This document shows positions 60,301 through 64,000 of a stretch of 64,000 nt of DNA, one piece after another. The stretch covers positions 9,364,001-9,428,000 of the forward strand of contig CM119372.1 in NCBI GenBank assembly GCA_051294905.1, given 5' to 3'. Within the stretch, counting starts at the first letter, position 1; each line of letters opens with the position of its first letter. Made by a program: the position numbers and the translations under genes. The DNA is from Botryllus schlosseri (taxonomy: Eukaryota). The notes under the pieces were generated by a model that saw only the letters and a program-made list of their open reading frames with translations, had not been told where the DNA came from and ran no database searches.

Positions 60301-61940
60301 TACGGCCATAGGTGGCTAGTAATAAAGCGCTATTTAGTCTTGACATTGCATCCAATTTTATACGCTTGCTACTATTTTTTCAACATATTTTATCAGGGTT
60401 GTAGCCAAGTCACAAGGTTCTAAGTCACAATTCAATCTCACTTTTATAGTTTTGACTCGAGTCAAGTCGAGTGATTTTCAATTCCCCGCCGAGTCAAGTC
60501 CGAGTCCAAGTCACGGAATAGAATAGAGTGTCGAGTCCGAGTCATAGTATTTGGACAAGTCCGAATCATTGTGTTGACTGTTGAGTTCCGAGTTAATGTC
60601 ATGTGGAACCAACTTTTCAGAACTCTGCTTGGTGATATCGAATGCTTCAATTTCATAATATACTAATTTTCCTCCCTTTTAACAGTTTCTGGTAGCTTTT
60701 CCAAGTACCAGTACTGATAGACGAATTATTAATAGTGTGATAACTTTACTATTCTTCGGAATTACAATGAAATGCCTGTCTTGGTAGACCCAGTCACGAG
60801 TCATATGACTTGGTTCGAGTCTTGCGCAATGACTCGAGTCAAGTCATTTTTCAGTTTTAAGAAAATGAGTCACGTCATTACAACCCTGTATTTTACAACC
60901 ATATCAGGTATAGACAGTGTATTTGTTTGATGCAGGTGTCAGCCTACTAGTTGGCCTCCAAGGTTGCATCGATCATCCCTATCTAATACCAAAGACTGTG
61001 TAACGTGTATGCATTGTTCTGTATCATCAATGATGATGATGTTGTTTGTTATAGATTTCAGCTAATCACACTTCTATTCGAAGAGTTTTTTAGGCAAAAT
61101 GACACGAATTTTACAATTTGAAATTGAAAAGTAGAAAGAAGTCTAGGGATCAGTTTGCATTGCTATGCTGAGTGAAACTGTTGGAAGAGCCGTGAGAAAT
61201 AGCCCCAGTATCACCTTAAACAAATATATTTTCGAACATTCTATGTATTTGTAGTTTCATTTGACATTATGCGTTAGTCGCGAAGATACATATTGGCTTT
61301 TCGAAAGCAGCCACCTCAGACTAACAGCTAAAAGTAGTGTGCGACCCCTTGATCAAATCCCCATTTTGAAAGAACTTACATGAGCACTTTTCAGACCTTG
61401 GATTTTCTACTTCTACTTGAACTAGATTTGACACATCTTGGAAGTCATTACTTTACCAAGAAAATGAGTATAAATTCACGGCATTTCTTTTACTTCTACT
61501 TGAGTAGTAACGCTAAGTAGGCTACTTTAACCTCCTCTGGTAACGGCGAGATATTCCAACGTTCAATGTTGTTTCATCTTCGAAAATGGCGGGCCGACGA
61601 CCAAATTCGTGTTAATTTCGCGTTTTGTTCAATGAGAATCATGTAATGACCAAATGATAATAGTTTTGAAATGAGATATCTTCGGTTCAATGAGAATTTC
61701 GTACATCTAATCACCTAACGCTTGAACTTTGCAGATAATTCAATGCCGAAAGATCACTGATTTTAATATAACGGCCAAAGATGGCCAGATGTCGTAGGTC
61801 AGGTTATTTAGGAATATCACCTTGATTTGCATCTTCAGGCTGATTCTCATCGCCTTCGGCAGGGGGCTCAGCCGATCCGGGCTTGTCTCCATCTTCCCCA
61901 CCCTCCGTCAGTGATTCTTCTGCTTCTGGCTCATCTGGAA
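394..61940 (-). CDS. DNAH10: Axonemal dynein heavy chain, DNAH10-like (inner arm I1/f alpha type), 87 exons in window, truncated at both ends
   Basis: Spliced translation gives dynein motifs [74 protein letters not shown] and [13 protein letters not shown]. GxxGTSKT in AAA3 and EIxFWRERNA match DNAH10 from memory. Exons (plus coordinates, read right to left): 61821-61940, 60056-60177, 59922-59999, 59016-59162, 58852-58946, 57686-57801, 57089-57246, 56421-56654, 55260-55348, 54733-54850, 54010-54192, 52685-52889, 51785-51945, 50892-51068, 50393-50543, 50222-50308, 49442-49569, 48940-49026, 48558-48647, 48323-48487, 47949-48171, 47687-47842, 46847-47008, 46436-46590, 46193-46330, 45378-45508, 45190-45292, 44296-44498, 43887-44064, 43605-43762, 42974-43142, 42835-42913, 42638-42771, 42063-42136, 41497-41706, 41114-41282, 37812-37942, 36936-37032, 36757-36880, 35502-35664, 34789-34922, 34652-34728, 34465-34569, 34246-34403, 33125-33551, 32452-32561, 32071-32229, 30492-30673, 30293-30426, 29794-29937, 29315-29434, 29135-29253, 28160-28313, 27418-27759, 24090-24238, 23302-23404, 23110-23235, 22937-23035, 22560-22689, 22304-22485, 21357-21547, 17679-17922, 17056-17174, 16790-16922, 16233-16361, 14120-14235, 13596-13761, 11333-11485, 11045-11158, 10635-10780, 10276-10469, 9454-9587, 9145-9310, 8675-8809, 8453-8596, 7723-7849, 7434-7645, 6155-6284, 5304-5522, 4585-4776, 4327-4521, 3303-3467, 3140-3248, 2441-2536, 2122-2379, 722-832, 394-543. 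Phases are consistent throughout (sum 13,070 nt = 2 + 4,356 codons). Confidence 0.95.
2122..2379 (-). CDS. DNAH10: DNAH10 exon, AAA6 lid / start of C-terminal domain
   Basis: [16 protein letters not shown]...[17 protein letters not shown], bounded by AG and GT. Confidence 0.93.
3981..4122 (-). mobile_element. Hammerhead-bearing short repeat (Penelope-like/retrozyme-like, non-autonomous) with 15-bp TSD
   Basis: Flanked by direct repeat CAAGACCAAATCTAC at 3966-3980 and 4123-4137. Inserted within a CAGAGGTGGTCA-type MITE. Confidence 0.8.
4010..4053 (-). ncRNA. Minimal type I hammerhead ribozyme, structurally intact
   Basis: Minus strand reads GCUGAC gauu ACCC CUGACGA G UGUCAGC C GAA AAUAUU C GGGU. 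It has the conserved core CUGANGA/GAAA/UH, stem I ACCC:GGGU, palindromic stem III AAUAUU, and 5' GCUGAC complementary to loop II GUCAGC. Confidence 0.8.
4327..4521 (-). CDS. DNAH10: DNAH10 exon, AAA6
   Basis: [12 protein letters not shown]...[12 protein letters not shown]...PHPDFR, bounded by AG and GT. Confidence 0.93.
8940..9099 (-). repeat. Hammerhead-bearing repeat copy
   Basis: Aligns by eye to 3981-4122, plus the adjacent cttggaggta..gaactt segment. Confidence 0.8.
9000..9043 (-). ncRNA. Minimal type I hammerhead ribozyme (N17=U variant)
   Basis: Same as 4010-4053 except that the cleavage triplet is UUU. Confidence 0.7.
9145..9310 (-). CDS. DNAH10: DNAH10 exon, AAA5
   Basis: [34 protein letters not shown]. 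Confidence 0.93.
11999..13258 (+). mobile_element. Non-autonomous hAT transposon (deletion derivative) with transposase C-terminal remnant
   Basis: TIRs TAGGGCG-T-tract / A-tract-TCGCCCTA, perfect 8-bp TSD ATTATCAG (11991-11998, 13259-13266), subterminal GTCAAAA repeats, and internal [12 protein letters not shown] resembling the hAT dimerisation motif. Confidence 0.88.
12320..12520 (+). pseudogene. hAT transposase dimerisation-domain remnant
   Basis: [29 protein letters not shown] resembles hAT P.tsa.vERsFS..g.ll. Confidence 0.65.
13596..13761 (-). CDS. DNAH10: DNAH10 exon, microtubule-binding domain of stalk
   Basis: [19 protein letters not shown]...[18 protein letters not shown], following the CC1 exon [15 protein letters not shown]. 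Confidence 0.92.
14484..15533. mobile_element. PIF/Harbinger-type non-autonomous element
   Basis: TIRs GGGCCGAGGCCAATTCTTCT / AGAAGAATTGGCCTCAGCCC, flanked by TAA on both sides (14481-14483, 15534-15536). A related left-end fragment lies at about 19408-19570. Confidence 0.82.
17202..17349 (-). repeat. Hammerhead-bearing repeat copy
   Basis: Near-identical to 3981-4122. Confidence 0.85.
17230..17273 (-). ncRNA. Minimal type I hammerhead ribozyme, structurally intact
   Basis: Motif identical to 4010-4053. Confidence 0.8.
19660..19830 (+). pseudogene. Buster/Charlie (GTF2IRD2/SCAND3-like) hAT transposase fragment
   Basis: [23 protein letters not shown] resembles the F..PF..d......lQ.ELidLQ.d motif of this clade. 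Confidence 0.55.
19964..20245 (+). mobile_element. tRNA-derived SINE, family 1
   Basis: A box TAGCGCAGTGG, B box GTTCGAGTCC, CTGCAA anticodon-like loop. The ~200-bp body is shared with the copy at 51150-51399. Confidence 0.8.
22304..22485 (-). CDS. DNAH10: DNAH10 exon, AAA4 P-loop
   Basis: [20 protein letters not shown]. Confidence 0.94.
23697..23826 (-). repeat. Hammerhead-bearing repeat copy, core decayed
   Basis: cgaatattttcggctgacgcacgccagggt...cgtatcaccaaatatga. Confidence 0.75.
24313..26423. mobile_element. CAGAGGTGGTCA-family hAT MITE hosting the foldback element
   Basis: TIRs tAGAGGTGGTCA / TGACCACCTCTG, with 8-bp TSD GTGATATA/GCGATATA (one mismatch). Confidence 0.75.
24429..26070. 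mobile_element. Foldback (near-fully palindromic) hAT element, 1642 bp, copy A
   Basis: TAGGGTTGTCCA termini, perfect 8-bp TSD TTGTACAG (24421-24428, 26071-26078), and inverted arms over 700 bp. Confidence 0.92.
26530..27359 (+). mobile_element. Charlie/Buster-type hAT non-autonomous element
   Basis: TIRs CAGTGGTTCTCAACC / GGTTGAGAACCGCTG, perfect 8-bp TSD CCTTAGAA, and an internal remnant [16 protein letters not shown] resembling TYLCExGFSxL..IK. Confidence 0.88.
27418..27759 (-). CDS. DNAH10: DNAH10 exon, AAA3 Walker B region
   Basis: [13 protein letters not shown]...[27 protein letters not shown]. Confidence 0.94.
27858..27907 (-). repeat. Partial copy of second hammerhead subfamily (3' half), followed by a ctga microsatellite
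   Basis: aaatttattccactccaagcttttcggctgac matches the arms of 35074-35237. Confidence 0.65.
28160..28313 (-). CDS. DNAH10: DNAH10 exon, AAA3 P-loop
   Basis: [15 protein letters not shown]...[17 protein letters not shown], translated by hand (frame not in ORF track). Confidence 0.93.
28655..28845. repeat. Divergent inverted pair of hammerhead repeat (decayed)
   Basis: tattttcggccgacactcgtcaggggtaatca..actagtagataattgagaa, followed by reverse-complement ttctcaattctctactagttgctgac..gtcagcc. Confidence 0.65.
30960..31522 (+). mobile_element. hAT MITE with GAGTC/GACTC subterminal repeats
   Basis: TIRs CAGGGTTGTAA / TTACAACCCTG, TSD GTAAAATT/ATAAAATT, three copies in window. Confidence 0.85.
32452..32561 (-). 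CDS. DNAH10: DNAH10 exon, AAA2 P-loop
   Basis: [28 protein letters not shown]. Confidence 0.93.
33125..33551 (-). CDS. DNAH10: DNAH10 exon, AAA1 lid (largest exon, 427 nt)
   Basis: [20 protein letters not shown]...RDMNLPKF. Confidence 0.95.
34789..34922 (-). CDS. DNAH10: DNAH10 exon, AAA1 P-loop
   Basis: [27 protein letters not shown]...[13 protein letters not shown]. Confidence 0.95.
35074..35237. repeat. 164-bp palindrome whose two arms each carry a hammerhead motif (second subfamily)
   Basis: tcatattggcaaatttattcca...agtaaatgct / agcatttact...tggaataaatttgccaatatga. Confidence 0.85.
35094..35138 (-). ncRNA. Minimal type I hammerhead ribozyme, second subfamily
   Basis: Minus strand reads ACUGAC guu CGCUC CUGAUGA G AGUCAGU C GAA AAGCUU C GAAUG gAAUAAA. 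Core is intact, the palindrome is AAGCUU, and stem I has one mismatch. Confidence 0.72.
36030..36352 (-). mobile_element. tRNA-derived SINE, family 2 (Meta-domain-like centre)
   Basis: Minus strand has A box TAGCGTAATGG and B box GGTCCGATCCC, then GGGTCAGACCAAAGAC..AAAAGTGGTATCCATGACTTCCCTGCTTGGCGCTCA. Confidence 0.75.
37202..37348 (-). repeat. Hammerhead-bearing repeat copy, core decayed, inside a MITE
   Basis: ttgaagagcttcttggaggtacggaacttcaa...acccgaatattttcagctgacagttgtcaggggt. Confidence 0.75.
38374..40896 (+). mobile_element. pogo/Tc2-like MITE interrupted by foldback copy B
   Basis: Colinear with the uninterrupted copy at 62361-63049, and TA-flanked. Confidence 0.82.
38704..40342. 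mobile_element. Foldback hAT element, 1639 bp, copy B
   Basis: TAGGGTTGTCCA termini, TSD CTGCACGC/CTACACGC, homologous to 24429-26070. Confidence 0.92.
41114..41282 (-). CDS. DNAH10: DNAH10 exon, linker (DHC_N2)
   Basis: [18 protein letters not shown]. Confidence 0.93.
44575..44858 (-). mobile_element. hAT-like MITE fragment
   Basis: One terminus TATGGTAACCCTG with AAGGAC subterminal repeats; the other end is not recognised. Confidence 0.4.
44913..45140. repeat. Divergent inverted pair of hammerhead repeat (left arm truncated at the AATATT palindrome)
   Basis: The left fragment ends at about 44989. A full opposite-orientation copy spans about 44995-45140 with ctgacgagtgtcagccgacaatattcggg. 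Confidence 0.75.
49614..49660 (+). repeat. Third hammerhead subfamily variant (decayed GAAA)
   Basis: ACTGAC gtt CACTA CTGATGA G AGTCAGT C aaacatattt TAGTG, with stem I CACTA:TAGTG. Confidence 0.6.
49690..50185. repeat. Divergent inverted pair of hammerhead repeat with ~175-bp spacer (decayed cores)
   Basis: Left arm at about 49720-49865; right arm at about 50040-50185 is its reverse complement. Confidence 0.75.
51150..51399 (-). mobile_element. tRNA-derived SINE, family 1, second copy
   Basis: Reverse complement ggcgagattgcgtagtggtatgatccacagctgcaacaccaatgggttatgggttcgagtcc, with matching body. Confidence 0.8.
53715..53857 (-). repeat. Hammerhead-bearing repeat copy, core mutated (CUGGUGA)
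   Basis: actcgaatattttcggctgacactcaccaggggc...ccgtcaccggcatgaaa. Confidence 0.8.
56421..56654 (-). CDS. DNAH10: DNAH10 exon, tail (DHC_N1)
   Basis: [21 protein letters not shown]...[17 protein letters not shown]. Confidence 0.94.
58145..58807. mobile_element. Palindromic hAT MITE, 663 bp (arms ~316 bp, 31-nt loop)
   Basis: TAGGGCTCTTCAAAAA termini and perfect 8-bp TSD GTGCACAT (58137-58144, 58808-58815). Confidence 0.92.
60394..60888 (+). mobile_element. hAT MITE with GAGTC repeats, another copy
   Basis: CAGGGTTGTA / TACAACCCTG termini, TSD TATTTTAT/TATTTTAC. Confidence 0.83.
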
Positions 61941-62149
61941 CTGGTGAAGCATGAAACTAAAATTTGCTCCCAAGATACAGTTTGATAGGTGTGTTCTCTT
62001 GAATTTCTCGCGTCGCTGTTCTTACGGCGATAAAATAAGACCAGAAAAAGACACAATGAAAGAGGGCACTTACAAGGAATGGAAAGATCTAGAAAGAGCC
62101 GCTGAATAGAGAATAACACCGAAAAAAGTAACTTTGAAATCAGGCACTA

Positions 62150-62335
62150 AAAGGAAAGGACGTAGTTCATTTTGGTACATGATGTTTTTGCGGCATATAC
62201 ACCGACTCATGATATACATACACACGTTCTGCACATATGCATACCATGAGTGCATGACGTGCATATGCCGCTGGACAAGGGAAGGTGCAGATATAGCCTT
62301 GTAGGGCTTTCTAAGTCTTGCACCACCTCTCCATG
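62150..62335 (-). mobile_element. SINE family 2, 5'-truncated copy
   Basis: Matches 36030-36215 (gatgttttt..gcggcatatacaccgactcatg...gtcttgcaccacctctcc). Confidence 0.75.
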
Positions 62336-62360
62336 CTATCCCACTAATGCATGATATGTA

Positions 62361-63049
62361 CCGTAATTTTCCATGTATAATGCGCAATATTTTCACGACT
62401 TTTTGCCCTAAAATAGGGGGGTGCGTATTATACATGGGAACAGCAGGCCTTGAAAAAAATCTCCCTCCATAAAAAACTTGAAATCACACCTATCTTCATG
62501 TTTGTTTCCAAACGCGCATCACTTTCAGCCATCGCGCGTAGTAATTTGTATTATAGAGTGTAACGCGCTGCCAATTAACGAGAGTCGTGTGCACAAGCAC
62601 GCGATCTCCTGCTGAGTTGGTTTGCCGTTTGTACGCGAGCGCAATTAGGTCACTAATGGACACTCGCGCGCGGCAATTCTCGCCAATTCATCGCTTCAAC
62701 GACAGGCCCGAACAATCGCATATGCAATTTATACGTATACAAGAGGCCATGTGCGCAAGATATAATCGCTTGCGTAATCAGTCTCATCTCCAACAGACCT
62801 GTTGCGCATGACATAACCGTTGGCCTATGCGCAATCGCATCTGTAATAGGCATCGTGCGCAAGATGTCGGTTCGTTGTCGCTACCCTGAACTATCGCGCA
62901 GAATGACATCGTATACGAAATCGGAACTATTCATGTACTGAAATGCAGGGTGCGTACTATACATGGGTACAGGCTTTTTCCCAGAATTTACATGCTATTT
63001 TAGGGGTGCGTATTATATATGGGGGCGTACTATACTTGGAAAATTACAG
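62361..63049 (+). mobile_element. pogo/Tc2-like (Tc1/mariner superfamily) MITE, uninterrupted
   Basis: TIRs CCGTAATTTTCCATGTATA / TATACTTGGAAAATTACAG, TA on both sides, GGGTGCGTATTATA subterminal repeats. Confidence 0.85.
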
Positions 63050-63272
63050 TATATGTGTACAAGCCTCGCTCAACAGCTCATGGCTAGAGTTACATGTGGA
63101 TGTGACTACTGCCAATACAAGTTGGGGTCTTCACTCCCATCATTCCCTAGACACATCTTCTTTACCCATTACGTGAGAAACCATGCATCATCAATGGTCA
63201 CGGGGAGCTCTTCTCGGCGCGGTGCGTGTATCAAAGAATTGCCAAATCTTTATCAGGTTTGATATCCTAGAA

Positions 63273-63906
63273 CAGTGGTTCCCAACCTTTTTTCACCCAC
63301 GTACCATTTCGAGGTTTTATGCAGTGCTCGCGTACCACCTACATAAGTTACGCGCGCCGAAGGCGGCCAAAAATTTTGCTGTAATTTATGACGTCATAAT
63401 CACGTATTTGACCTATGCGAAGCGTAATAGCAAATGCTATTAAACTAGGCATTATCAGCCAGGGTTGATGGGACGCATGGAATTGTTTTTTCACCACCAG
63501 TCACAAGAAGAACAACATAATAATAATAATGAAAAAACAGCAAACTACAAACGTTAATTTATTTAATGCGATGGCTGCATTTGTTTATTTTCCACTAGCT
63601 CAGCGATTCTTCAACATTTTTAGACACGCCCCCTTTTACGATAGAGAAAAACACCCCCCCCCCCCCTTATCTTCACATCACAAAATGCAACCAGAATGCT
63701 AGCAATCACAGCGAATAATGGTGGGTTATGATAGTTAATAAGATGTTCTCAAACATGCAATTAGGACTATACAGAAGGCAAAAACAATGAGATGGAGGTA
63801 AATCGCGCCGAGCGCGAAAAATTTTTTCAGTTGGCCGCAGCTTCGCGCCCCCTTCCGATGCTTTCATGCCCCCCAAGGGGAGGGAGGGGCAGTTGGAGAA
63901 ACACTG
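63273..63906. mobile_element. Charlie-type hAT element end(s)
   Basis: CAGTGGTTCCCAACC at 63273 and a reverse CAGTGTTTCTCCAAC ending at 63906. The flanks do not form a TSD, so this may be two elements. Confidence 0.5.
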
Positions 63907-64000
63907 CACTAGCTGGTCAATGCGTGGCATATGTTTGCTCAAAGCGCATCGAAAGTCATGCATTGGCGCAACAAGTCGGTTTCGTTTCTTCGACTTGGTA

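Overview
This is eukaryotic (invertebrate metazoan, possibly tunicate; taxon is low-confidence inference) genomic DNA. Almost the whole window is one minus-strand gene, an axonemal inner-arm dynein heavy chain most similar to DNAH10. I traced 87 exons by hand (13,070 nt, one continuous frame of about 4,356 codons), from the acidic N-terminal region through the linker, AAA1-4, stalk/MTBD and AAA5-6. The gene runs off both ends of the window. Two introns need GC donors. The introns hold many nested non-autonomous transposons: hAT elements with 8-bp TSDs (three are near-total palindromes), a PIF/Harbinger element, a pogo/Tc2-like element and two tRNA-derived SINE families. The most interesting signal is a short non-coding repeat with about 15 copies. 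It encodes a minimal type I hammerhead ribozyme with a palindromic stem III and an apparent pseudoknot between loop II and the 5' flank, and compensatory changes across three subfamilies support this fold. One copy has a 15-bp target-site duplication, four loci are divergent inverted pairs, and all structurally intact copies lie in the sense strand of the dynein pre-mRNA.
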